This document shows, piece by piece, positions 51,103 through 61,261 of a stretch of 64,000 nt of DNA. The notes under the pieces are model-generated. The model was not told where the DNA came from. It ran no database searches and saw only the letters and a program-made list of their open reading frames with translations. The stretch is from Spirochaetia bacterium. GTDB lineage: Bacteria > Spirochaetota > Spirochaetia > DSM-2461. Position 1 is the stretch's first letter. The number at the start of each line of letters is the position of its first letter. The translations under genes and the position numbers were made by a program. The stretch covers positions 544,001 to 608,000 of the forward strand of contig CAXXIA010000001.1 of assembly GCA_963666985.2 (NCBI GenBank), given 5' to 3'.

Positions 51103-51704
51103 AGGATCTCTTTAAGGGGCTCCTGCGGGAGAATCCCATCTTTGTGCTGGTCTTGGGACTGTGCCCCTCGCTGGCCGTTTCCACGACGGTGAACAACGCT
51201 TTGGGCATGAGCGCGGCGGCCTTCCTGGTTCTCCTCGGATCGAATGTGGTCATCAGCCTGCTGCGCAAGCATATTCCGGACGACATTCATATTCCCGCGT
51301 ACATCGTGATTATCGCGACGTTCGTTACCATAATCGATATGGCCATGCAGGCTTATTTACCGGCGCTTTCGGAATCGCTCGGGATTTTTATTCCGCTTAT
51401 TGTTGTGAACTGCATCATTTTGGGACGGGCCGAGGCTTTCGCAAGTAAAAACACCGTCGGCGCATCCGTCCTCGACGCCGTGGCCATGGGGCTCGGATTT
51501 GCCGTCGGTCTTATCTCCATCGCTCTGGTGCGCGAAGTTTTGGGAGCCGGCAGCATTACGATTATTCCCGATAAACTGGTTTTTACCATCGGAGGGCTGC
51601 ACGACTCTCCGGCCGTGGTTTTCGCATTCCCCGCCGGCGCGCTCATCGTTGTCGGCTTTCTTCAGGCTTTTTACCGCTGGCTCGGTGAGGTGACAAAGAA
51701 ATGA
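51099..51704 (+). CDS. rnfE: Rnf subunit E
   Basis: LGLCPSLAVS, IFIPLIVVNCIILGRAEAFA. Confidence 0.95.
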   Translation: MKDLFKGLLRENPIFVLVLGLCPSLAVSTTVNNALGMSAAAFLVLLGSNVVISLLRKHIPDDIHIPAYIVIIATFVTIIDMAMQAYLPALSESLGIFIPLIVVNCIILGRAEAFASKNTVGASVLDAVAMGLGFAVGLISIALVREVLGAGSITIIPDKLVFTIGGLHDSPAVVFAFPAGALIVVGFLQAFYRWLGEVTKK

Positions 51705-52294
51705 CTTACGTTGGAATCATCCTTACCTATACTCTTGTCAGTAATCTGGTCCTTGCGCAGTTTCTGGGATTGTGTCCTTTCATCGGTGTTTCCAAGAATA
51801 CCGAGAGCGCCGTGGGCATGGGATTCGCCGTTACCTTTGTTATGAGTCTGGCGGCCCTCATTACCTGGGCGCTCCAGCGCTTCATTCTGGTTCCTCTTCA
51901 TATCGAGTTTCTTCAAACGGTTACCTTTATTCTCATAATCGCCTCATTGGTGCAGCTGGTGGAAATGGTGGTCCGCAAGTATTCTCCGCCTCTTTATCAG
52001 GCTCTGGGGATTTATTTGCCTCTTATCACAACAAACTGCGGAGTTCTCGGTATCGCCCTTATCAGTGTGAACTCAGGGTACGGCCCGATGGAAAGCTTTT
52101 TAGCCGGATTATCGGCCGGAATCGGTTTCCTTTTGGCCCTTCTGCTTATGTCGGCCATCCGGGAAAGACTTGATACGGAAAAGGTACCGAAGTACCTGCG
52201 GGGTGCACCGATTGCATTTATTTCAGGCGGCCTGATGGCCCTGGCTTTTATGGCTTTCGATAAAGCGCTGCTGGCCAACATTATCGGAGGTTAA
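51701..52294 (+). CDS. rnfA: Rnf subunit A
   Basis: FLGLCPFIGVS, LGIYLPLITTNCGVLG. Confidence 0.95.
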   Translation: MTYVGIILTYTLVSNLVLAQFLGLCPFIGVSKNTESAVGMGFAVTFVMSLAALITWALQRFILVPLHIEFLQTVTFILIIASLVQLVEMVVRKYSPPLYQALGIYLPLITTNCGVLGIALISVNSGYGPMESFLAGLSAGIGFLLALLLMSAIRERLDTEKVPKYLRGAPIAFISGGLMALAFMAFDKALLANIIGG

Positions 52295-52298
52295 GCCG

Positions 52299-53120
52299 AT
52301 GAATGAATTCACGAGGATTATCGCGGCTTTTCTTTCCACGTCGGCTTTCGCGGCTTTGCTGGGTTTCGGATTGGCTGTAGCTTCCCGAAAGTTCAAAGTG
52401 GAGAAAGATAAAAAAGTCGAAGAGCTTATGGCGATTCTTCCGGGACTGAACTGCGGTTCCTGCGGTTACGCCGGCTGTGAAGGCTATGCCGAAGCTCTTG
52501 CTGCGGGTACGGACGGGAATATTTCGAAATGCGGACCGGGCGGTCCTGAAGCCTTGGAGGCTCTGGGAACCGCTCTCGGTGTGAGCGTCGATGGAGCGGG
52601 TGTCCGTAAAGTCGCCAGACTGGCCTGTCTCGGCTGTGACGGGGTGGCCGTTCGCGATTTTCAGTATTCCGGATATATCGACTGTGAAGCGGCGAAGGTG
52701 CATTTCGACGGCGATAAGGGATGTAAATACGGATGCCTGGGATTGGGCTCCTGCGTGAAGTCCTGTCCCGTTGAGGCCATCGGCTATACTTCGGACGGAT
52801 TGGTGGAAGTCGATCCGGAAAAATGCATCGGATGCGGCATCTGTGTCGCCGTTTGCCCGACGGGCGCCATGAAAATGGTTCCGGCCGATATCGACTGGTT
52901 CGTCGCGTGCAATTCAAAGGATAAAGCCAAAGATACGAAAGCATTGTGTTCGGCCGGCTGTATCGGATGCAGGATATGCGAACGAAAATTCCCCAATGCA
53001 GGATTTATCGTTACGGACAATCTCTCTGTCCTGGAGTATACTGATGGAGTCGGAGAAGGACGTGAGGCGGCATCGGCGGCCTGTCCTTCGAAATGCATAA
53101 TAAAAGTAAAGGATATCTAG
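52299..53120 (+). CDS. rnfB: Rnf subunit B
   Basis: LPGLNCGSCGYAGC, multiple ferredoxin CxxCxxCxxxCP. Confidence 0.95.
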   Translation: MNEFTRIIAAFLSTSAFAALLGFGLAVASRKFKVEKDKKVEELMAILPGLNCGSCGYAGCEGYAEALAAGTDGNISKCGPGGPEALEALGTALGVSVDGAGVRKVARLACLGCDGVAVRDFQYSGYIDCEAAKVHFDGDKGCKYGCLGLGSCVKSCPVEAIGYTSDGLVEVDPEKCIGCGICVAVCPTGAMKMVPADIDWFVACNSKDKAKDTKALCSAGCIGCRICERKFPNAGFIVTDNLSVLEYTDGVGEGREAASAACPSKCIIKVKDI

Positions 53121-53206
53121 CCGACTGCTGAGAATCTTCACAGTCTTCTGGAAGGATTCGGCCTTACGGGATTTCCGATAAGGTTCGTTCCGCGGGTTCC
53201 CCATCC

Positions 53207-55261
53207 ATGGGTAAGGTTAAATTAATTTTCGGAACCTGCAATACGGTTCCCTCAGGAGAAGCCGATTTCCTCTATGAAGAAGCCTACCAGAAGGCCTTCA
53301 AACCGTTTTTAACGGCTATCTATAATAATCCGGAAATGAATCCCACGCTGTATTATGCGGGCCCTCTTCTCGAATGGCTTGAGAAGAGGCATCCGGAATT
53401 TCATACGGTTCTCGCCGAACTTATGTCAAATAAATCGATCGAAATTCTGGGCGGGGGCTATTGGGAGCCCATGCTTCCGCTTATTCCCTCTCCCGACCGC
53501 GTGGGTCAGATTGAAGTCATGACGACCTACCTGAGGAAAAAATTCGGGAAAAGATCCCGGGGAAGCTGGGTAACGGCTCAAATCTGGGAAGCGAATTTGG
53601 CTTCTTCGCTCAGCGCCAGCGGAATGGATTACGCTTTTCTCACGGAGAGGGCGTTCCCCGATGTTCCGAATTTTCGCCCCGAGAATCCCGTTATCGCGGA
53701 AGATCAAGGGAAAACCGTAACCATTTTCCCCGTTATGGATACTCTCTCCGAACGGTTTTTAAAGGTTCCTCCGGAACATATTCTCGACAGCCTTCGAACT
53801 CTCGAATCCGACGACGGCAAAGAGTGTATCGTCTCGCTCATCCTCGACGGACAAATGCTGGGCGGAGACGGAACGCACGCCGTCTGCTATGGTGAAAAAT
53901 GGCTGGAGCGTTTTTTTGCCGCCGTAAAAGCCTCTCGAAGCTGGCTCGAATGCGTCCATCCCGGCCGCTATTTAAAAACCGTCCGTATATCCCGCGAGAA
54001 GGCTTATATCCCGGGGCCTACATACGAATCGCTGATGCATTGGGCCGGATCGGACGCCTCCGATTCGTCGCATACCAGGGTTATGGGTACGGATATGAGT
54101 CCTGATCGGCCTTCCGAACTCGGCGCCGATCTTTCCAAACGGCGTCCCATGGCCTATTACCGGGCTTTTTTATCCAAATATCGTGAAAGCGGTCTTTTGT
54201 ATGCGAAAATGATGCATATCGAAGTGCTGACGAATCAGCTCCGCGGCGATAAATACCGGAAGAAGAATGCCAAGGAAGAATTGTGGAGGGGGCAGGAACA
54301 TTACGCCTACTGGCACGGACCCACGGGCGGCATCTACAACAGCCGAATCAGGCATTCCGCCTACCGAGCGCTCATCGAGGCTGAAAAGGCAACGCGGGAG
54401 AGGGGTATTTTCAAAGCCGCGCTGACCTCCGTCGATTTCGACATGGACGGTGAAAAGGAATTTCTTTACAACGGATTGATTTTTAATGCCTATGTCCATG
54501 TTGTCGGCGGGGCGCTGTTCGAATTGGATTATCTGCCCATTTCACGCAACTACCTGGCCACGCTTTCCCGATATCCGGAGGATTATCATCCGCCCGCCAC
54601 GAGAGAGCAGGGATACGACCGGTATCCCCGATATGCTTTTCTGGACCACATCCTTGATTCACAGGACGATCCGGACAGTTTCGAACGGCTTTCGCTCAGA
54701 AGCCGCGGATCTTTTCCGGAAAAACGATATACACCCCTGGAAGTTATTCGTGATCAGCCTCGTGTTACCCTGCAATGCCGCGGAGGATTGCACGGGGAAA
54801 ACGACGAGATAGAAATCCATAAAACCTATCAGTTCCGGCGCAGCACGCTGGAAGTGGAGTATACCTTTACGAATCTGACGCCCAGAAGCATCAGTTTTTC
54901 CTGGGGAACTGAAATAAATCTCGCTCTCCCGGAAGATCCGGAGCAGCGTCCGTTTTATTTGAATACCGATGGCGGTGCCGTCGGCAGGCCGGAAACACGG
55001 ATTTCCGATAAGGGACAAAACCCCGACGTGGAATCCTGGACGGTCCATGACATTGAAAATGATGTTCTGATGACCTTCTCTCTCTCCGAACCGGCCGAAC
55101 TCTGGCGTTTTCCCGTGTTTGTGGATTACAGGGTTCGCCGGGAACTTCGCCGAAAATACCAGTCGAGCTGTTTCTTGCCGAAATGGAATGTCGAAATCCC
55201 GCCGTTGGATTCCCGTTTTTTCCGCGTGACGATGAGAATCGGCCGAATCAAGAAAGTTTGA
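53207..55261 (+). CDS. GH57 4-alpha-glucanotransferase/alpha-amylase-like protein, probably catalytically degenerate
   Basis: EILGGGYWEP, YWHGPTGGIY, DFDMDGEKE, C-terminal beta-sandwich; nucleophile motif reads WVTAQIW. Confidence 0.85.
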   Translation: MGKVKLIFGTCNTVPSGEADFLYEEAYQKAFKPFLTAIYNNPEMNPTLYYAGPLLEWLEKRHPEFHTVLAELMSNKSIEILGGGYWEPMLPLIPSPDRVGQIEVMTTYLRKKFGKRSRGSWVTAQIWEANLASSLSASGMDYAFLTERAFPDVPNFRPENPVIAEDQGKTVTIFPVMDTLSERFLKVPPEHILDSLRTLESDDGKECIVSLILDGQMLGGDGTHAVCYGEKWLERFFAAVKASRSWLECVHPGRYLKTVRISREKAYIPGPTYESLMHWAGSDASDSSHTRVMGTDMSPDRPSELGADLSKRRPMAYYRAFLSKYRESGLLYAKMMHIEVLTNQLRGDKYRKKNAKEELWRGQEHYAYWHGPTGGIYNSRIRHSAYRALIEAEKATRERGIFKAALTSVDFDMDGEKEFLYNGLIFNAYVHVVGGALFELDYLPISRNYLATLSRYPEDYHPPATREQGYDRYPRYAFLDHILDSQDDPDSFERLSLRSRGSFPEKRYTPLEVIRDQPRVTLQCRGGLHGENDEIEIHKTYQFRRSTLEVEYTFTNLTPRSISFSWGTEINLALPEDPEQRPFYLNTDGGAVGRPETRISDKGQNPDVESWTVHDIENDVLMTFSLSEPAELWRFPVFVDYRVRRELRRKYQSSCFLPKWNVEIPPLDSRFFRVTMRIGRIKKV

Positions 55262-55368
55262 TTCCCATGGGCCGCACGGCATCACGTCACCCTTCGGGCG
55301 CTTCCCTCATGAAGTGCTCTTCATCTTCGATTCCGATTAAAGAGCCGATGTCTTATTGTTGATTTCGG

Positions 55369-56619
55369 CTAAGAAACAGGCGTTACATCCGCGTAGATGG
55401 CGAGCATCCATTTACGGGCTTCGAAATAATAGTGATCCGACGCATAAAGAAATGAAAGGAACGATGCCTGCAAATCGCCGAGGAAATATTGGCATTCTCC
55501 CCTGTAAAACTGAATTCGGGCCTTCATGGCTTCATCGATTCCGTTTGAAGCCGAAAGGGCGAAGAATTCGGATTCCGCCGTTTCCCATTCTTTTCGTTCA
55601 AAAGGACCCTCAAGGATATCCATAAGGATGCCTTGGAGCCTCTCGTCGCTGTGTCCGCGGTCAAGATCGAGAATCACGGGGCTCGGTTCCGACCAAAGTT
55701 CCCCCTGTATCGGACCGAGGATTTCGGCCAGGGCCGTGAGAGCGGACGAGGAAAGACGTTTCCTTTCGGGAAGTTCCCCGTCAATCTCCGGTATGGGACT
55801 GCCGTCCGCGAAGCTTCGCGTGATGCGCAGTCTCGGAAGAGGGGCCGGACGCATGGCGGCCGAGACTGTTCTTTCGTCCGCTAATGAGGGGGTTACGGGA
55901 TTTGAAAAGGCGGCCGAACTCATCCATTGAGGATTTCCCGTTCGAAATAAACCGCTGTCCACGGCGGCATAGTACCAGGTTACGCCGGGAATCGGTGAAT
56001 CCATGAGAGCACCGGAAGACCCGATACGGCTTCCAACCGTAACGGCATGGTCTATTTCTCCGGGATTGTCGAAAGAACGAGGACTCCTGAATACGGTGAT
56101 GTTCGCTTCTTCCGAGTCGGCGACAAAGTCCAGCCTTACTCCTTGTCCGTCGAGTTCCGCCGTCAGGGCGAGAACTCTTGCGGCTTTTTCCGCATCCTTG
56201 GTTCCCTTATCAACACTGGCCGGAACGCCCGTAGCGTTTCTCCAGGGGATAATCATCTGATAACGGATACCATCGGAAACGGCGATGATGGCGTACCACC
56301 AGGGAGTTCCTTCGGGCGGCCTGTCCGTGAATGTCTCGATACCCGGCGCCACAACGGCAATTCTTTGTGCGTTTTCTCTGTTTTCCGAAACGATCGCGGA
56401 GTCGTTTCTGTAAATCTCGTAAATCGCATCTTTTAAACTTGGAGAATCTTTCCAGTTGAGAATGATTTCACCTCTGTTGGCCTGTGCGTCAAGGTGCGAG
56501 ACAAAGGGCGAACTGAGATCGGCATTAAGATTCTGCGCTCCAAGAAATGAACCCATAAGGAGCAGAAAAGAGAGACAGAAAGCGGAGTGAGACGGAGAGA
56601 ACATCTTCATCATTTCCAT
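55369..56619 (-). CDS. Hypothetical exported protein (repeated beta-sandwich-like segments, C-terminal TPR-like helix)
   Basis: Signal peptide, two I/VxRS..D.P.PG..W.YA repeats, FYRGECQYFLG. Confidence 0.7.
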   Translation of the reverse strand: MEMMKMFSPSHSAFCLSFLLLMGSFLGAQNLNADLSSPFVSHLDAQANRGEIILNWKDSPSLKDAIYEIYRNDSAIVSENRENAQRIAVVAPGIETFTDRPPEGTPWWYAIIAVSDGIRYQMIIPWRNATGVPASVDKGTKDAEKAARVLALTAELDGQGVRLDFVADSEEANITVFRSPRSFDNPGEIDHAVTVGSRIGSSGALMDSPIPGVTWYYAAVDSGLFRTGNPQWMSSAAFSNPVTPSLADERTVSAAMRPAPLPRLRITRSFADGSPIPEIDGELPERKRLSSSALTALAEILGPIQGELWSEPSPVILDLDRGHSDERLQGILMDILEGPFERKEWETAESEFFALSASNGIDEAMKARIQFYRGECQYFLGDLQASFLSFLYASDHYYFEARKWMLAIYADVTPVS

Positions 56620-56666
56620 TATCGGCAGCGGAGACCAATCCCGCCAGTTCCCTTCGCGACTCTTCG

Positions 56667-56695
56667 TTGACCGTGCCTTTCGGCGGGAGTACGAT
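56667..56695 (+). promoter_or_regulatory. Candidate promoter, leaderless fliG
   Basis: TTGACC-17-TACGAT, ATG 5 nt later. Confidence 0.5.
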
Positions 56696-56700
56696 ACGAT

Positions 56701-57867
56701 ATGAGCAAGTCCAAAACCGGAATAGAACTGTACGCCGCGGCGGCGAAATTGGAAGGCCGTAAGCCCTCCGCCGTAAATCCGGCGCTAAAAGCGGGAACTA
56801 CGGTGAAAAAACCGAAGACCTCTTCCGGTCGTTCCGAGAAGGATGGTTTTCTTAAAGTCACCGATAAAGAAAAATCCGGCATCGAAAACAAAGCGGCGGG
56901 TCTCTTGCTTCTTCTCGGCAGTGATGAAGCGGCGAAGGTTCTCTCGAAGCTTTCGCCCGAGGAAGCCGAACGTGTCGCCGGGCAAATAGCCGCGACTCGG
57001 CGCATCGATGCCGTTGAAGCGAAGAACATACTGGAAGAGTTCGGCGATAATTTCGGGAATATCGAACCTCGCCGCGTCTGCGGCGGCGTTGATGCCGCCA
57101 GAGACATCCTCAAAGCGGCTTTCGGCGAAGAAAAAGCCGCGGGAATCCTCGCGAAAGCGGTTCCCGAAGAGATGCCCAAACCGTTTTCATTCTTGGATGA
57201 TTTATCCGCCAACCAGCTTATTTCCCTGCTCCGAAAGGAAAATCCCACCACATTGTCCTTGGTGATGAGTTATCTCGATCCCATGAAATCATCGCGAATT
57301 TTGGAATCGCTTCCCGCCGACGAACGTTCGGCTGTTGTCCTGCGCATGGCAAAGACCGAGAAAGTCTCCAATAACGTCACGGATACCGTCGAAACGGCCC
57401 TCCGGGAAAAACTTCGGCTGATCGGCAAGGATGAAAGCGAGGAATTGGACGGAAGGAGCGCGCTTGCCGATATTCTCCGCTACATGGATCTGGGCGATGA
57501 AAGACGTCTTCTTGATGAGCTGGCGGAGAGCGATCCCTCACTGGCGGATCAGGTCAGAGAAAAACTCTATACCATGGATACGGTTCTGCACATGCGAAAG
57601 AGGGATCTTCAGGAACTTCTTGCCGGGATGAGTGAAAATGAAATCGCCATGATTCTCAAAGGACAGCCGAGGGAAATCAAAGAGGCCGTCGATGCATCTT
57701 TAAGCTCCAGGCGAAGACTTCTTGTCGCCGACGAGAACGATCTGATAGGACCTGTGCCCCGATCCGAAGCCGATGCCGCCGTGAAAGCCTTTCTTGAGAA
57801 GTTGAAAGAGGGAGAGGAAAACGGCGTTTACGTGATTATGCGGGAAGAGGACGATCTGATTATTTAA
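56701..57867 (+). CDS. fliG: Flagellar motor switch protein FliG (FliG1-type paralogue outside the flagellar cluster)
   Basis: KAAGLLLLLG, GGVDAARDIL, PFSFL, ENPTTLSLV, DPSLADQVREKL. Confidence 0.88.
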   Translation: MSKSKTGIELYAAAAKLEGRKPSAVNPALKAGTTVKKPKTSSGRSEKDGFLKVTDKEKSGIENKAAGLLLLLGSDEAAKVLSKLSPEEAERVAGQIAATRRIDAVEAKNILEEFGDNFGNIEPRRVCGGVDAARDILKAAFGEEKAAGILAKAVPEEMPKPFSFLDDLSANQLISLLRKENPTTLSLVMSYLDPMKSSRILESLPADERSAVVLRMAKTEKVSNNVTDTVETALREKLRLIGKDESEELDGRSALADILRYMDLGDERRLLDELAESDPSLADQVREKLYTMDTVLHMRKRDLQELLAGMSENEIAMILKGQPREIKEAVDASLSSRRRLLVADENDLIGPVPRSEADAAVKAFLEKLKEGEENGVYVIMREEDDLII

Positions 57868-57927
57868 GTCCGCCGCAAGTTCGTCGCTCAATCAGGAAGA
57901 AGACATTCCCTGCGCCCTGAGGTCGGC

Positions 57928-57957
57928 TTGATAAACCGCCGTGCTCTCAGATACGAT
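57928..57957 (+). promoter_or_regulatory. Candidate promoter, leaderless alaS
   Basis: TTGATA-18-TACGAT, ATG 6 nt later, no SD. Confidence 0.5.
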
Positions 57958-57963
57958 ACGGCC

Positions 57964-59751
57964 ATGACTGCCAACGATCTGCGCCGTAAGTATATAGAGT
58001 TTTTCGTGGCCCGCGGCCACGCTGAGATATCGGGAAAGTCGCTCATACCGGAAAACGATCCGACCGTCCTTTTCACGACGGCGGGGATGCACCCGCTCGT
58101 GCCGTATTTATTGGGGCAGGACCATCCCGCCGGAAAACGTCTGGTAGACGTGCAGAAATGCATCCGCACGGGCGATATTGAGTCCGTGGGAGATGCCTCA
58201 CACCTTACTTTTTTCGAAATGCTGGGAAATTGGTCCCTGCGGGATTATTTCAAGAAAGAAGCCTTGGCCTGGAGTTTTGAATTCCTTACTTCACAAGAAT
58301 ATCTCGGTTTGGATCAAGATCGGATTTCCGTCACCGTTTTCGAAGGAGACGATGATGCGCCTTTCGATTCCGAGTCGTATGAAACCTGGATTTCCCTCGG
58401 AATCCCGAAAGAGCGTATTTACAAATTTCCCAAGAAAGACAACTGGTGGGGACCCGCCGGCAAAACCGGCCCGTGCGGTCCTGATTCGGAGATGTTCTAC
58501 GACACGGGCATCGAGCCCTGCGGTAAGGACTGCCGTCCCGGCTGCTCCTGCGGAAAATACTTTGAAATCTGGAACGACGTCTTCATGCAGTACGACAAAA
58601 AAGAAGACGGTACCTATGAACTTTTGTCCAAACCCTGCGTGGATACGGGGATGGGCGTGGAACGAACCATAACCATGCTCCTGGGAGAAAAGAATGTCTA
58701 CGAAACGGAACTTTTTTCTCCCATTATTACCGCCATAGAGAATGTTTCGGGCGTGAAATACGAAAGAGATGAAGAGAGCATCCATTCCTTCCGGATTATC
58801 GCGGATCATGTAAAGACCGCCACAATGATTCTCGGCGACGAGAACGGCGTGAAGCCCTCGAATCTCGGACAGGGATATATTCTGCGCAGACTTATTAGGC
58901 GTGCCGTCAGGCATGGATTGAAGCTGGGCATTGAAAAAGATTTTCTCGGGAACATCGCCGATTCCGTCTTCGGCATTTACAATGGTGTTTATGATGAACT
59001 GAAAGAGCGGCGGGCCATCATTATGAGCGAATTGGAGCTGGAAGAGGCTCAGTTTCGCAAGACTCTCGAACACGGCCACAAGGAATTCGATAAACTTCTG
59101 CCCAATTTGCTGAAAAATCCGAAGAAAATCATTTCCGGTAAAATCGCTTTCCGATTGTACGATACTTACGGCTTCCCCGTGGAGCTCACCGAGGAATTGG
59201 CTTCCGAACACGGCATGACCGTCGATAAGGAAGGATTCGAAGAGGCCTTTAAGAAACACCAGGAAGCGTCGAAGAAGGGAGCGGATAAAACTTTCAAGGG
59301 CGGAATGGCCGATAATTCCGTGATGTCCACGCGGTATCATACCGCGACGCATCTGCTTCACGAGGCCTTAAGACGTGTTTTGGGCGAACATGTCGCTCAG
59401 AAAGGATCCAACATCACCGCCGAGCGGCTGAGATTCGACTTTGTTCATCCCGATGCGATGAGCGCGGAACAAAAAGAGGAAGTCGAAAAAATCGTCAATG
59501 AACAAATCGCGGCGAATCTTCCGATTTCAATGAGTGTGATGTCTCTCAAGGAAGCTCGGGATGCGGGTGCGGCGGCCCTGTTCGAAGGCAAATACGACGA
59601 ACAGGTGAAAGTTTATAAAATCGGAGATTTTTCGGTGGAGGTCTGCGGCGGTCCGCATGTGGAATCCACCGGCGAACTCGGTGTTTTCAAAATCGCCAAG
59701 GAGCAGTCCAGTTCCCGCGGTGTAAGGCGTATCCGCGCGATATTGGAGTAA
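57964..59751 (+). CDS. alaS: Alanine--tRNA ligase, short form without C-Ala domain
   Basis: DPTVLFTTAGM, HLTFFEMLGN, DTGMGVER, editing HTATH and CGGPH. Confidence 0.97.
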   Translation: MTANDLRRKYIEFFVARGHAEISGKSLIPENDPTVLFTTAGMHPLVPYLLGQDHPAGKRLVDVQKCIRTGDIESVGDASHLTFFEMLGNWSLRDYFKKEALAWSFEFLTSQEYLGLDQDRISVTVFEGDDDAPFDSESYETWISLGIPKERIYKFPKKDNWWGPAGKTGPCGPDSEMFYDTGIEPCGKDCRPGCSCGKYFEIWNDVFMQYDKKEDGTYELLSKPCVDTGMGVERTITMLLGEKNVYETELFSPIITAIENVSGVKYERDEESIHSFRIIADHVKTATMILGDENGVKPSNLGQGYILRRLIRRAVRHGLKLGIEKDFLGNIADSVFGIYNGVYDELKERRAIIMSELELEEAQFRKTLEHGHKEFDKLLPNLLKNPKKIISGKIAFRLYDTYGFPVELTEELASEHGMTVDKEGFEEAFKKHQEASKKGADKTFKGGMADNSVMSTRYHTATHLLHEALRRVLGEHVAQKGSNITAERLRFDFVHPDAMSAEQKEEVEKIVNEQIAANLPISMSVMSLKEARDAGAAALFEGKYDEQVKVYKIGDFSVEVCGGPHVESTGELGVFKIAKEQSSSRGVRRIRAILE

Positions 59752-59753
59752 TC

Positions 59754-60887
59754 TTAGGACGCTTCAAGCCGTTTGAAATAATCTTCAATTCTCTCGTTGT
59801 GCAGTCCCTGCCGCATATAGCGTCCGAGACAATCGAGGGCCTCATCAATCCGGCCTAATTCTTCGAAACACGATGCCGCTTCATAGTAGAGACGGTGGTT
59901 CCGCGGGTCTTTATCGATAAGTGCGATGAGAGAAGAAACCGCGTTCTCGGTTTTTCCGTAAGCCTTATCAACCAGAGCCAATCCCAATGCGGCGTAAATA
60001 TCGAAATCAATATCCAAAGCTTTCTTATAGTAGATGGCCGCGGTTTCCCAGGCATCCATGGCTCTATAAGCATCTCCTACGCGCGTGAGGATTACTTTAT
60101 TGTCGGGATCCTGATCGAGGATCATGTTCCAATAAACAAGAGATTTCTTCGTTTCATGCAAGCCGCGATAGCAATCGGCCATGCCGAAGATCGCGTAGAA
60201 GTTCTCCGGCTGTTTTTCCATCGCCTCTTCGAAATAAGGGATTCCGCTTTCATATTCGCCCAGTTTTCGATAACAATTCCCAATGGATGTGAGGACGCGA
60301 ATATCGACATTCCCGCTCCTTCGCTTTTCCATGGTCTTCCAGCAGGCGAGAGCCTCGCGGTATTTTTTGAAGTCGTAATTAAGGTGCCCCAGGCCTATAA
60401 GAGCGTAGGAGTTCTTATCATCAAGTTTAAGAACCCGTTCGTATAAATCGGCGGATTTACCGTAGTCTCTGATTTTCCGGTAGGCATCGGCGACTCGTGT
60501 CAGAACCGTTATGTTTGAGGAATCATGCTTCAGGTATTCTTCCCAGGATTCGATAGCCTTATTGAAATGACCAAGTGATTTATGGCAGTCCGCAAGTCCG
60601 AAGAGGGCGTAGTTATTGCCCGGATGGTGGCGTAGGCAGGTTTGATACTGCTCGATGGCTTCAATATATTGCTGATTTTTTCTTAAGGCATCACCGAGGC
60701 CGACCAGCGCATAATTATTTTCCGGTTCGATGTCCAAGATTCGGTGGAAGAGCTCGGCGGCCTGGTCCGTATGCGATTCACGGAGCAATTGGTAAGCGCG
60801 TTTGGAGAGTTCGGAGAGTTCGTTTGTCCGTTCATCGTGCTGTTGATGAAAAGATGATTTTAAATCTTCTAAATTGTGTTCGCTCAT
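59754..60887 (-). CDS. Tetratricopeptide repeat protein
   Basis: Repeated 34-aa units N.YAL.GL.D, N..VLTR..DAY. Confidence 0.9.
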   Translation of the reverse strand: MSEHNLEDLKSSFHQQHDERTNELSELSKRAYQLLRESHTDQAAELFHRILDIEPENNYALVGLGDALRKNQQYIEAIEQYQTCLRHHPGNNYALFGLADCHKSLGHFNKAIESWEEYLKHDSSNITVLTRVADAYRKIRDYGKSADLYERVLKLDDKNSYALIGLGHLNYDFKKYREALACWKTMEKRRSGNVDIRVLTSIGNCYRKLGEYESGIPYFEEAMEKQPENFYAIFGMADCYRGLHETKKSLVYWNMILDQDPDNKVILTRVGDAYRAMDAWETAAIYYKKALDIDFDIYAALGLALVDKAYGKTENAVSSLIALIDKDPRNHRLYYEAASCFEELGRIDEALDCLGRYMRQGLHNERIEDYFKRLEAS

Positions 60888-60946
60888 TGAATTTCTTTTT
60901 TACCTCAAAAGGAGCACCGGAGACGACGGATGCGGATCTGAAAATG

Positions 60947-61258
60947 CTATTGGTTCAGCCATTCCCGTATAACTTCCGCCATTCGACGCGCCAAATGATC
61001 GGCTTTGTCCGAGGCGGGAGCCAGACGGTACAATCTATAGGCTTCCCAGTACTCGTTTCTATTATAATAATAATCTCCAATTCGGGTAATTCCATCGGTA
61101 TACCGTACCGTAAGAAAAATCTTTTTGGCGGTTGCGATATCGCCGTTGTTATAAAGCTGATTCCCTTTGCGGATAAGAGCCGCTTTTTGTGAAGAATCAA
61201 TCGCCGCCCGGGGAGGCGCGACGATTTTCAGGAAACCTTCCTTGGGGATTTCGGCCAT
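60947..61258 (-). CDS. Small hypothetical TPR-like protein
   Basis: LIRKGNQLYNNGD..AKKIF...DGITRIGDYY; in operon after hisB. Confidence 0.75.
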   Translation of the reverse strand: MAEIPKEGFLKIVAPPRAAIDSSQKAALIRKGNQLYNNGDIATAKKIFLTVRYTDGITRIGDYYYNRNEYWEAYRLYRLAPASDKADHLARRMAEVIREWLNQ

Positions 61259-61261
61259 GAA

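Noticed and set aside
57964..59751. Truncated AlaS as a pseudogene or novelty
   Set aside because: Short AlaRS lacking C-Ala is known in spirochaetes, and catalytic and editing motifs are intact
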